Source: Desulfomonilia bacterium (GTDB lineage: Bacteria > Desulfobacterota > Desulfomonilia > UBA1062). From it: a stretch of DNA of 64,000 bases. The stretch's first letter is position 1. Every line of letters starts with the position of its first letter. Positions 53,904 to 63,008 of this stretch are shown here, piece after piece. Location: assembly GCA_963664325.2 (NCBI GenBank), contig CAXXDQ010000005.1, forward strand, positions 128,001-192,000, given 5' to 3'. A program made the position numbers and the translations under genes. The notes beneath the pieces are model-generated. The model searched no databases. It had not been told where the DNA came from and was given only the letters and a program-made list of their open reading frames with translations.

Positions 53904-54083
53904 TCAACTAGCGTTAATTACTTCACATGCGTCGCACCAAGACGACCACGCATAACATCCGGTGTCGTGTTCATTAAAGCCTATCGATGCATCATCAGTC
54001 TTGCACGCAAGCAGTATCGCTTCCTGCTTAGACGGGCGACAAAGGATTACTAATTCCGGGCGATTCCATTGTTTTTTAGCCAT
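53904..54083 (-). CDS. Candidate RiPP precursor, family 1 (59 aa)
   Basis: GGAGAG RBS; MAKKQWNRPELVILCRPSKQEAILLACK...C......C..C.....S; leader homologous to 57575-57760. Confidence 0.75.
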   Translation of the reverse strand: MAKKQWNRPELVILCRPSKQEAILLACKTDDASIGFNEHDTGCYAWSSWCDACEVINAS

Positions 54084-54374
54084 AAATTCTCTCCAGTTCA
54101 ATGGGGAAGGCTGAGATGGTTCATTGACTGAACACCCTCGCAAATACCTCAAAAAACAAAAACCCCACTTTATCATAATTTATTGATCATACATCCTTAA
54201 TGACACTATTAGATAAGCACAAGGGATAATTCAAGTCACTTCTCGGACCCTGGGAGACGATGTTAACTAACATGAACTTGATGTCGTATTCAAACCTCAG
54301 TCCCTCAGGCATTCCTCCGATATTCAATTATCGAGGAATCCGCATTTTCCCATAAGATTTGTGGGGGCACTTTA

Positions 54375-54431
54375 GGGACGCTGATGAAATTATGATATAT
54401 AATTTAAAAATCATATTATCAGCAACGTCCC
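54375..54431. repeat. GGGACGYTGATGA palindromic repeat, copy 3
   Basis: GGGACGCTGATGAAATTAT ... ATATTATCAGCAACGTCCC. Confidence 0.75.
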
Positions 54432-54461
54432 CCATAAATCCATTTTGTGGCAGAAAAATAT

Positions 54462-55637
54462 TTACAGTATTTTATTCAACAGCGGAATGCGCAACAGGAT
54501 GTAGTAGGCGATCAAAAAGCACAGCGGAATCGAGATCAGGCCAGCCAGCGCCCACTTGAGTACCGGCATCATATACAGTGGTGTCATAAGCTTTGTTACG
54601 GCAACAATTATCGGCGGGTGGAACATATAAACGGCAAACGCGCCGGCGGACAATTTTTGCGTAAGTTTGTTGCTGAAATTTAATTTGTCGCGAAACAGCG
54701 CCAGAAGCCCCATGGTCATAGCCACACCAACGAATGATTCCCAGAAGGCATAGTAAGCGGCTGGCCAGGAGAGACCGCCGATTACTCTTTTGCCTGTGTC
54801 TACAGACTTCATTGTAAGAGTTGAAAAATCATAAGGACCGGCGAAGTATTTTAATATCAGCCAACCGATAAAGCCTAAAATCAACCCTGCCGCCAGCCAT
54901 CTTCTTCCGGTGGCCGACGTCATGCTTTCAAAACAGTTCGTGCGGTATGCAACAATCCCCGCTGTGAACATGATAATGTATTGCGAAAAAAATCCCAGCT
55001 GCATTCCCCAGAACACTGACCCGATGGGAAAAAACAATCGCAGCGAAAACGCAACCATCGCAATGATGACAATGAGCAGCAGCAGGCGCCCGGTAGTCAC
55101 AATACCCTGCCTGGAATCAGACGCTGCCGGAAGCGGAAAGAGCAGACGCCAAAGTGTATATATCAGGCAAAAAATAAACAATGCCAGCGCGAACCACATC
55201 GGGCCGACGCCAAGAAGATGTATTCCGGCAGACTTAAAGTATTGCCAGTAAAATTCCGGGAAACTGGAAGTGCTGCCTTTCCATAGGGCTGTTGACCCTA
55301 CCACTGCTATCATCAAAGGAGTTACCACCAGCAGAAAAAACATTGAAGGCAGGACGAGTCTCCGGCATCTGTCGGATAAAAACCGGACGGGGCTTTTCCG
55401 GTCATAGGCCAGGGGCGTAAAATAGCCTGCCACAAAGAAAAGCATCCCCATGGAAAACCCCTGAGCGAAAGCCTGGAAGAAACTGAAGAAAATATGGTTG
55501 AAGAAGCCAAGCGGCCGTGCTTCGTTATAAAACCAGATGCCGCTGCCGCTGTAAGTCACAGCCAGATGAATCAGAATCACCAGCATGATCGTAGCGACAC
55601 GCAGATTGTCAATGTAATAAAGGCGCTTCTTTTCCAT
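54462..55637 (-). CDS. Acyltransferase-3 family membrane protein (OpgC/MdoC-like)
   Basis: RLYYIDNLR...LIH, MGMLFFVAGYF, R..RL..P, GPMWF, VYMFH. Confidence 0.85.
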   Translation of the reverse strand: MEKKRLYYIDNLRVATIMLVILIHLAVTYSGSGIWFYNEARPLGFFNHIFFSFFQAFAQGFSMGMLFFVAGYFTPLAYDRKSPVRFLSDRCRRLVLPSMFFLLVVTPLMIAVVGSTALWKGSTSSFPEFYWQYFKSAGIHLLGVGPMWFALALFIFCLIYTLWRLLFPLPAASDSRQGIVTTGRLLLLIVIIAMVAFSLRLFFPIGSVFWGMQLGFFSQYIIMFTAGIVAYRTNCFESMTSATGRRWLAAGLILGFIGWLILKYFAGPYDFSTLTMKSVDTGKRVIGGLSWPAAYYAFWESFVGVAMTMGLLALFRDKLNFSNKLTQKLSAGAFAVYMFHPPIIVAVTKLMTPLYMMPVLKWALAGLISIPLCFLIAYYILLRIPLLNKIL

Positions 55638-55995
55638 TAAAATGTAAGTTTCCTTTCAGGGAAAGTAAGTCCTAAACCTCGAAATTTTATAGTCCTGATA
55701 TATCAGTCAGTTACAACAATAGAAACAGATTGTTTTCAAGTTACTTATATCAATACATATAGCATCTGAAAACCAATACATTTTCAAACGGTTAAAAGTT
55801 GCAATCCTTCATAGTACTCTTTCATTCTTCAGGCAAGGCACATGGCTTTCATGACTTACAGATATTGGAGAACCATAGGGGACGTTGCTGCCCAAATAAC
55901 TTCCGGACTGTACGAACGTTACAGCTTGATTGCCGATTGCAGAATATTTCACAAATACCAGCCATAATCCGATATGTATTTTGTCAGGAGATGAG

Positions 55996-57354
55996 ATGGA
56001 AAGAAAGAAGATACTGAGGTTTAAGGATCTCGCGCTTTTTACATTCTGCGCGATATTCGGGTTGGAGGCCATTGCAGCCTCCGCCGCTATCGGTCCATCG
56101 GCCATCTTCTGGTGGCTGTTATGCCTCGCCTGTTATTTTATACCGTTCGGAATGATTGCTGCAGAGCTGGGCTCGACCTATCCCGAGCAGGGCGGGCTTT
56201 ACGTCTGGATCAAAAAAGCGATGGGGCGCCGGTGGGCGGCCCGGAGCGTCTGGTATTACTGGATATCCCTGCCGGTATGGCTGCCCGCAATCTATATCGC
56301 CATCGCGGATATTTTAGGGCACATCTTTTTCCCCGGCATCACCTTCTGGCAGCAGATCGCAATAAGCGTCGTGCTGATATGGATCGCCCTCGGAATCAAT
56401 CTGTGTCCCCTGAACGCTTCAAAATGGATACCCAACATAGGCTCCGTCGCGCAATTTAGCATTGTGGCGGGAATGATCGCAACCGCTGCGCTGTTTTTCC
56501 TGAAAAACGGGCGCATGGCCAACCGGATCACCCTTGCGGAAGTAATGCCTAACATGAACGCCGCGCTTGTCTTCATCCCGATGATCATCTACAACCTCCA
56601 GGGCTGCGAACTTGTCTCATCGGCTGCCGGCGAGATGAAAAATCCTGCCCGCGACATCCCCCGGGCGCTTATTTTATGCGCCTTCGTAATCGCGGTGCTG
56701 TACTTGATGACGACCTTCTCGGTCTGGGTCGTGATTCCGGTCAATGAGATCAACGTGGCGAGCGGCGTGCTTAACGTATTCACGAACGCACTTGACGATA
56801 ACATCGCGAAGCCCTTTATCACGGTTGCAGCCGGTCTCCTGATATCGTGCGCTTTCTTTGCGGGAATCATCGCCTGGAATCTTGGGCTGAACCGTACCAT
56901 CGCCGAGTCCGCGAACAACGGGGATATGCCGGGGATCCTGGGGAAGATGAACAGGAACATGGCCCCGCTGGGGGCGTCGGTTGTATCCGGGATCATCTCC
57001 ACCGCAGTGATTCTTATTTATGGATTCATCGCGAGCGATGCGGCCGAACTGTTCTGGCATACGGTCTCGTTCAGTCTTATCGTTCAACTGTTTTCAAATC
57101 TGATGCTGTTCCCGACTTTTATAATCCTGCGGAATAAAGATAAGGGTGCTCCCAGGCCTTTCAGTGTGCCCGGGCCCGATTGGTTAGCGATTTTTCTGGC
57201 CTTCCTGGCGGGCATATTTGTACTGGCCGCCATTGTCATACTTATTATCCAGCCGGGGCAGGATATAGTCAGGGTAACCATGCCGATCATCGCCGGAGTG
57301 ATAACAGTCGTCATCGCGGGCGAGATTTTGTTATCCCGTTGTAAACCAGAGTGA
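55996..57354 (+). CDS. APC-family amino acid/polyamine permease
   Basis: AELGSTYPEQGGLYVW, GCEL....AGEMKNPARDIP, about 12 TM; start reassigned to ATG 55996. Confidence 0.88.
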   Translation: MERKKILRFKDLALFTFCAIFGLEAIAASAAIGPSAIFWWLLCLACYFIPFGMIAAELGSTYPEQGGLYVWIKKAMGRRWAARSVWYYWISLPVWLPAIYIAIADILGHIFFPGITFWQQIAISVVLIWIALGINLCPLNASKWIPNIGSVAQFSIVAGMIATAALFFLKNGRMANRITLAEVMPNMNAALVFIPMIIYNLQGCELVSSAAGEMKNPARDIPRALILCAFVIAVLYLMTTFSVWVVIPVNEINVASGVLNVFTNALDDNIAKPFITVAAGLLISCAFFAGIIAWNLGLNRTIAESANNGDMPGILGKMNRNMAPLGASVVSGIISTAVILIYGFIASDAAELFWHTVSFSLIVQLFSNLMLFPTFIILRNKDKGAPRPFSVPGPDWLAIFLAFLAGIFVLAAIVILIIQPGQDIVRVTMPIIAGVITVVIAGEILLSRCKPE

Positions 57355-57372
57355 CCCATGAGAGGACGCCAA

Positions 57373-57544
57373 GGGCATCAGGCGGAATGACAGGTCCGGG
57401 AAACGGGCCGACAGGCCTTCCTTGATGCGCTGCCCTATCGCAGTTATGTCGGACAGGGCCATATCCGAGCCGAAAACAAGCTCCAGCTCAACAAAGCGCG
57501 TATTGCCTCTGCAGCACGTGTAAACCAGCCCGATATTCTCGAAA
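57373..57544 (-). pseudogene. Relic 3' end of the CDF transporter gene (direct repeat of 63045-63216)
   Basis: 172-bp ungapped alignment, about 26 mismatches by manual count; encodes FENIGLV...ELELVFGSDM...FRLMP. Confidence 0.9.
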
Positions 57545-57574
57545 AAGAGAGGGCTCAGAGAGGAAGACAAGATA

Positions 57575-57760
57575 ATGGATGAAAGCAGGAAGAAATTGTG
57601 GATGAAGCCGGAACTGACCATACTGGTGCGCAACAAGCCTGAAGAGGCGGTGCTTGCTGCATGCAAAGGCAGTATTGGCTCAACGTCATTGGCTGTTCAA
57701 TACAATAACTGCCGTTTTAACGAATGCTCAAACTATTGCACGGATCAGGTAACATCTTAA
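57575..57760 (+). CDS. Candidate RiPP precursor, family 1 (61 aa)
   Basis: MDESRKKLWMKPELTILVRNKPEEAVLAACK...C....C...C.....S; homologous to 53904-54083. Confidence 0.78.
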   Translation: MDESRKKLWMKPELTILVRNKPEEAVLAACKGSIGSTSLAVQYNNCRFNECSNYCTDQVTS

Positions 57761-57889
57761 GCCGATCTCTCAAGAACCGGAACCAGGGAAAGAGCAATAA
57801 GTAAAAGGCATTTGTGATCGACAGGACATGGTGACTGGCCTTAATTGTCTCTTTTCAAGGCATGACACCTTGTTCGCATGAATTGACGC

Positions 57890-58123
57890 CTAAAATCCGA
57901 TTCCTGTTATATCGCAATAGATCGCAGCAATGTTTCCATTAATCACGCAAAAATCGGCTGAATTGCCATTACTCGTACACATATTTCCTGCGGTATTGCC
58001 TGTTGAACAGGAATTCACATCACCGCTGCCGGGACCAAAACAATCGCCTTTGCCGCTTTTGTAATCATAGAGGTCATATGCATATGGTTTTTCATATATC
58101 GGCTTCTGATTCTTTTCTTCCAT
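57890..58123 (-). CDS. Candidate RiPP precursor, family 2, copy B (77 aa)
   Basis: AAGGAG RBS; MEEKNQKPIYEKPYAYDL leader; five Cys spaced 10-11 residues apart in a Gly/Asn/Ser-rich core. Confidence 0.8.
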   Translation of the reverse strand: MEEKNQKPIYEKPYAYDLYDYKSGKGDCFGPGSGDVNSCSTGNTAGNMCTSNGNSADFCVINGNIAAIYCDITGIGF

Positions 58124-58188
58124 TACCCTCTCCTTTGGAAGTGTTTCTATTATGGTATCAAGATTGCGCAGTGTAATCAATACATCCG

Positions 58189-58280
58189 TCATATCATGGC
58201 GCAGAGCCTGTCTCTGAACGCACCGCAATTCATATCCTTTTTCTCGATTGCCGTAACAGCCGATTTCTCCTTGTTATTTT
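58189..58280 (-). pseudogene. Relic 3' end of a GT4 glycosyltransferase gene
   Basis: Encodes SAVTAIEKKDMNCGAFRDRLCAMI* versus GT4 end AAFAAVEKQDASYRSFSDWLYAMI*; offset 414 bp. Confidence 0.8.
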
Positions 58281-58300
58281 GCCGTGTTCGTATGAACTTA

Positions 58301-58537
58301 TTACACAATTCCGCTTCCTGGATTACAACTTGACGGAGCGCCGTTTCCATTATCAATACAAATTCCGCTGTCCGAATTGCCATTACTCAAGCAATTACCC
58401 AGGGCGTGACCGCCTGTTGAACAGAAACTTCCATTGTTGCTGCCGGATTTACAATCATCACCCTTACCGATTTTATAATCGTTGAGATGATATACACACG
58501 GTTTTTCATATGCCGGCTTCTGGTTCTTTTCTTCCAT
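58301..58537 (-). CDS. Candidate RiPP precursor, family 2, copy A (78 aa)
   Basis: AAGGAG RBS; MEEKNQKPAYEKPCVYHL leader; five core Cys spaced 10-11 residues apart. Confidence 0.8.
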   Translation of the reverse strand: MEEKNQKPAYEKPCVYHLNDYKIGKGDDCKSGSNNGSFCSTGGHALGNCLSNGNSDSGICIDNGNGAPSSCNPGSGIV

Positions 58538-58602
58538 TATTTTCTCCTTCGGCGGTGTTTCTATTATGGTATCAAGATTACACGATGGAATCAATACATC
58601 TG

Positions 58603-59799
58603 TCATATCATTGCATAGAGCCAGTCACTGAACGAGCGGTAGCTTGCGTCCTGCTTTTCAACGGCCGCAAATGCCGCTGCCTTTGATATCCCGACGGCAC
58701 TTTCATAATTGACGGGATCGTCAAGATTCCTGATATGCCTGATGTATTGCATGATCGTACGGGCATGGTATTTCATGTTCACGAAGAAATCAGGGGCTTT
58801 CCTTGAATCTTCGTTTACTTGAACCAGAAAACCCTCAGGCGGCATCTCCTCTCTTATGCCGCCCGAGTCGTTTGCAATAACCGGCAACCCGCTGCATATG
58901 CCCTCGACAATAACCCGCGAATACGGCTCCTCCCAGAGAGAGGGGACCAGAAGTATTCTTGTCATTTCATAAATCCTGCGCACATCCATGTCCCATGGCA
59001 TGAAGGTTACGTTTGAAAGATTGAATCCTTCAGGGTTGACCACCGTGCCGGGTTTCATGACCAGAAGAAACTTTTTGTCCTGAAGATTGCTTGCAATGTT
59101 CAGAAATATTCCCAGGCCTTTCGCAGGAGAGCCGTTTATCATAGTGATATATTCCCCCGGCGCAGCGGTGGGGGCAAAATTTTCAAGGCTGATCTGCGGA
59201 ATGAGGTTAATGCTGTTCTGAGAGTAATACGATCTGAATTTATCCTTTAGAAAACTTCCGGTGCATATGAATTTGAACCCGGGTGCGATTTTTCTGAACA
59301 TTCCGGTATATTTATTGAAACCTTCCTCAAATATCTGCTGATCGCTGATGCGGTGCAGCCTGAGGGGCGAGAAGTTCAGGCTTGCCTGCATCGAGAATAT
59401 GTCGGAATTAAGGGTCAGCGTGGCATCGGTTTTCCTGTCTGACAATATATTGCCCCACAAAACCGAAATCCTGTCGATTCTGTCTTTGATATTGTGATGG
59501 TATGCCTGGTTTATATCAAGACCGGATAAGAAGCATTCGAATGAAAACGGGTATCCTTCGAGATGAAATTTGATTTTTCCGTTTCCGGGCAAAACAACCC
59601 GGCCGCCGATGCTCAGGATATCCCTTGTCAGCCTTTCATGATTAAAGCCTTTATCGGCAAGCCACAAAAAGGAGACATCAAATCCATCCTGTGAAAGCTT
59701 TTTAAGGATGGTCAGAACGCTCAATGTCCCCCCTGATGAATTCCTTATGTCAAGATTGCCGGTCATCAGACATGTAATGCGCTTTCCAATCATTATCAC
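58603..59799 (-). CDS. Glycosyltransferase family 4
   Basis: GG at N-terminus, KGL, LLVPSLWEEPYSRVIVEG...GLPVIA..SGGIRE. Confidence 0.88.
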   Translation of the reverse strand: MIMIGKRITCLMTGNLDIRNSSGGTLSVLTILKKLSQDGFDVSFLWLADKGFNHERLTRDILSIGGRVVLPGNGKIKFHLEGYPFSFECFLSGLDINQAYHHNIKDRIDRISVLWGNILSDRKTDATLTLNSDIFSMQASLNFSPLRLHRISDQQIFEEGFNKYTGMFRKIAPGFKFICTGSFLKDKFRSYYSQNSINLIPQISLENFAPTAAPGEYITMINGSPAKGLGIFLNIASNLQDKKFLLVMKPGTVVNPEGFNLSNVTFMPWDMDVRRIYEMTRILLVPSLWEEPYSRVIVEGICSGLPVIANDSGGIREEMPPEGFLVQVNEDSRKAPDFFVNMKYHARTIMQYIRHIRNLDDPVNYESAVGISKAAAFAAVEKQDASYRSFSDWLYAMI

Positions 59800-60013
59800 C
59801 CAATCCTGTCAGTCATTTACTTCAAGACGATATTTTTAGCGGATGAAAATACAGTAGCAAATAGTTCATGGCCAGTCCAACCATAGTTCCCGAAGACGGT
59901 TTTTATTTGCGATGGAGTATCCGGCCGCGTCGAATCCCGGGACCGGGAACGCTTGACTTTCCAGCTGTCATCGGTCACTATAATCTAATATTTTATTTTT
60001 ATAAACATGTGAG

Positions 60014-61798
60014 GTGTTCATCATGATGCGAAAGCTGACAATATTTGCACTGATCATTCCGGCCTTAATTTTTGCCGCCTGCAAAAGCGGGATCAGGGTA
60101 TGGACTGAGCCGTCCACAGAACGGGTCATGCAGTATTCGGTTTCAAAAAAGATCGTCCCGGCGGAAATCTATGCAGCGCACAACGATTACGAATCCTTCC
60201 AGATAGTGATAAACGGCGGTCTCAACGGCCTTACCGGCGTGAATGTAAGTCCGGGCGATCTGACCGGACCCGGCGGCGCGGTCATCGCCAAGGAAAACAT
60301 TGCGCTTTACAGGGAATTTTATGTCCATGTCAGCAAGCCTTCATTTCTATTGGGCGTTGTCGGGGATCTCAGGCTTCCCGGGAACTACCCGGACCCTCTC
60401 ATCCCGTTCACAGACCCGTACGATCCCGCCCATCCCGCTGTGGGTGCGCCTTTCAAAGTGGACAAGCTCAAGAATCAGCCGGTATGGGCCGAGGTCTATA
60501 TCCCTGAAGGCATACCCGCAGGGGAATATATAGGCACGATGACGGTGAGCGCTGACGGTATGAAGCCGGTTGAAATTGAAGTAAAGGCGACAGTCTGGGA
60601 TTTCAGCATCCCGAAGGAAAGGACCGTCTCGACCGCCTATGGCCTTTATGACAGCACCCCGGATAAATTCCATGCAGCAGGTTCGCTTGCACAAACCCAT
60701 TATAATTACGAACTGGAGCTCCACAAGCACAGACTTGATGTAACGAGGATCACGGGCCTTGCATCGAATCCTTTCAGGTTCGGCAGCGACGGCCATCTGC
60801 TCCCGGTGGACTGGACCGAGTACGATTCGATAGTCAGCCCCAGGCTCGACGGCAGCTACTATGGCGACGGCATTGGCATGCACAAGCTGAACGCAGGCTT
60901 CTTCCGCCCCGGAAGCGGCGGGTGGCTTGAAACCGGTATCACCGACGATCAGTACAAGGAAGCAGCACGGGAGTTCGCCCGCCACCTGAAGGAAAAGGGA
61001 TGGATGGACAGGGTTTACGTTTACTGCCAGGACGAACCGTTCTGGAACAATGTCCCGTATGAAGATCTGGCGTATGACATAAGGCTCATGCTCGAGGCCG
61101 ACCCGGACTGGAAAGGCGCATTCATGGACACAAACTGGTGGGTCAGGGAGCTCGACGGCCTGATAGACATCTGGTGCCCCGAAGTCACGAAGTATGAAGG
61201 CTGGCTGACCGCCGGCATCCTCGATTTCGCCGGAAGGGATGAATACGACAATATGCGGGCCAGAGGCGAAAACCTCTGGTTCTATGTATGCAACGCGACC
61301 GTGCCGCCGTATGCCGGTTACGATATAGACACCATGATAGCTTACGAGCCCCGCATCATGATGTGGGGCGCCTGGTATGAAAAGGCGGTGGGCTTTCTTT
61401 ACTGGTGCACGACCGCCTGGAAGGAGGTCAACCCGTGGGAAGATCCTCTCGCTTTCCCGATATGCCCGAGAAACGGCGATGGTTTCCTTTTCTATCCCGG
61501 CGATCATAACGGGACGGCCGCGCCCGTGGGCTCCCCGGAAGAGGTCTCAATCAACGGGCCGGTGACTTCGATCAGGCTTAAGCAGACTAGAGACGGCCTT
61601 GAAGACTGGGAGATGTTCAAGATAGCCGCCAGTATCGCAGGCGAGGACGCCGTAAGAGATGCGGTTTCAAAGGCATACACGCAGCTCGGGACTGCGCCGG
61701 TTCTGGGGATATGGAATCCTCTCAGCCCGCCGTGGACGCATGATGGAAAGGTCATCGAAGAAGTGAGAAAAGAAGTCGCTTCTTTGATATGCAGGTAA
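60014..61798 (+). CDS. DUF4091-containing glycoside hydrolase-like lipoprotein (GH123-like)
   Basis: Lipobox FAAC, NDYESFQI, YPDPLIP, QPVW.EVYIP, DEP, W.YVC, GFLYW, GDG.L.YPG, SIRL...RDGLEDWE. Confidence 0.75.
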   Translation: MFIMMRKLTIFALIIPALIFAACKSGIRVWTEPSTERVMQYSVSKKIVPAEIYAAHNDYESFQIVINGGLNGLTGVNVSPGDLTGPGGAVIAKENIALYREFYVHVSKPSFLLGVVGDLRLPGNYPDPLIPFTDPYDPAHPAVGAPFKVDKLKNQPVWAEVYIPEGIPAGEYIGTMTVSADGMKPVEIEVKATVWDFSIPKERTVSTAYGLYDSTPDKFHAAGSLAQTHYNYELELHKHRLDVTRITGLASNPFRFGSDGHLLPVDWTEYDSIVSPRLDGSYYGDGIGMHKLNAGFFRPGSGGWLETGITDDQYKEAAREFARHLKEKGWMDRVYVYCQDEPFWNNVPYEDLAYDIRLMLEADPDWKGAFMDTNWWVRELDGLIDIWCPEVTKYEGWLTAGILDFAGRDEYDNMRARGENLWFYVCNATVPPYAGYDIDTMIAYEPRIMMWGAWYEKAVGFLYWCTTAWKEVNPWEDPLAFPICPRNGDGFLFYPGDHNGTAAPVGSPEEVSINGPVTSIRLKQTRDGLEDWEMFKIAASIAGEDAVRDAVSKAYTQLGTAPVLGIWNPLSPPWTHDGKVIEEVRKEVASLICR

Positions 61799-62243
61799 TA
61801 ATAACTTTACATCTCTGCATCGCTCCTTGACCTGTTATGTTTGCAGGTATGATACCTATATTTTCATCAATGACAGTTGAATCTTATAATCCAATCAGGG
61901 TCCCGGTCTGTTTCCGGGCTTAAGGTGCAGAAGGATTTATTCCGGCGCCCTGTAGACAATCAACCGGTCTTTTATTTTCAAGCCGGTACTTATGATAAAA
62001 GTTGTTTGAAAACCATGCTTGAGGCTTGCTTATGGTGAAGAATATATGTAATCTATAGCGTAATTGATGATTTTGCATAATTGGATTGCAGCGGCATAAC
62101 AGTAATATGAACAATTTTTTCGGGCATAGGGAGGATGTTTTGAATTGGGTGGTGAAAATCGATCTTTCTTTTATAAATTATCGCTCTGTTTCAACAAGAC
62201 ACTGCATGCTGAGTAACCATTAGTCGTGTGCTGATGAATAATT

Positions 62244-62906
62244 ATGCAATATGCATATGACTTAATTCAAACCAACCCTGAGTATTTTGCCTTGGGGTTC
62301 GTGCTGGTTAATGTTCTTTGGGTTCTTTTTGCCTATCTCAATAAACAAAGACACGACAAAGCATTGGCGAATCTGGCTCGCAATCTGAAACTGGAAGCAG
62401 AGCGGAGAAAGACCATATTTGAGCTAAAAGTTGCCCAATACGAATCCTATGTGAATAACCTGGATGAGTTTGGCAGAAAACATCAGGTGGACATTCCCTC
62501 ACGGATGCAACCGATTTTTAAAAAATATCTTCGAGATATAATGGAAGCTTCGGAGCTGCAGAACAAGGAAAAGACGAAGGATGTAATTGTCTGGTTTTGC
62601 GATCAGATTACCACATTGATGCAGGAAGGTTTAAATGATGTGCTTAAACTTCAATCCGAATCCAACCGGTTAAAGCTTACCGCCACAGATGAAATGATTG
62701 AAACATTCAATAGACTTGAATACCTGACTAAGGAATCAATGGAAAAGACCAATGAATTCATGCAGAGATTCATTGAGATCAACCTTTCACAAAATGATGA
62801 TGCAATAGATAACTACCTGCTGACCTCGAAAAAGATCGGGCTTGCCATGAAGACAGAGGCAGAAAAACTGATGAAACAAATGAGAAACGAACTTGCGCAA
62901 ATCTAG
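62244..62906 (+). CDS. Hypothetical membrane-anchored coiled-coil protein
   Basis: 220-aa ORF, one N-terminal TM, helical remainder, AT-richer than flanks. Confidence 0.7.
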   Translation: MQYAYDLIQTNPEYFALGFVLVNVLWVLFAYLNKQRHDKALANLARNLKLEAERRKTIFELKVAQYESYVNNLDEFGRKHQVDIPSRMQPIFKKYLRDIMEASELQNKEKTKDVIVWFCDQITTLMQEGLNDVLKLQSESNRLKLTATDEMIETFNRLEYLTKESMEKTNEFMQRFIEINLSQNDDAIDNYLLTSKKIGLAMKTEAEKLMKQMRNELAQI

Positions 62907-63008
62907 GCTTCCCCGGGCACGCCAATCAGCTAATCGGACGCAGTATGCTGCGGGACGCTGAAAAAATAAATAACCTGAATGCTGTCTGAAACCTGGACCC
63001 CCTGGGTT

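Noticed and set aside
53086-54431. CRISPR array interpretation of the repeated palindromes
   Set aside because: Spacers are about 600 bp and gene-containing, repeats are degenerate, and no cas genes are present
57331-57666. 111-aa minus ORF as a real gene
   Set aside because: Chimera of the antisense of the 57575 peptide gene and the CDF 3' relic
60347-61507. Long antisense ORFs (386 aa here; also 11576-12448, 19953-20771, 50993-51823)
   Set aside because: Shadows of well-supported genes on the opposite strand, expected from codon bias; no motifs
62189-62225. attC-like ends (TTTCAAC...CATTAGTC) before ORF 62244, and TAACCAG after ORF 52703
   Set aside because: Too short, no paired L boxes, and no integron integrase in the window
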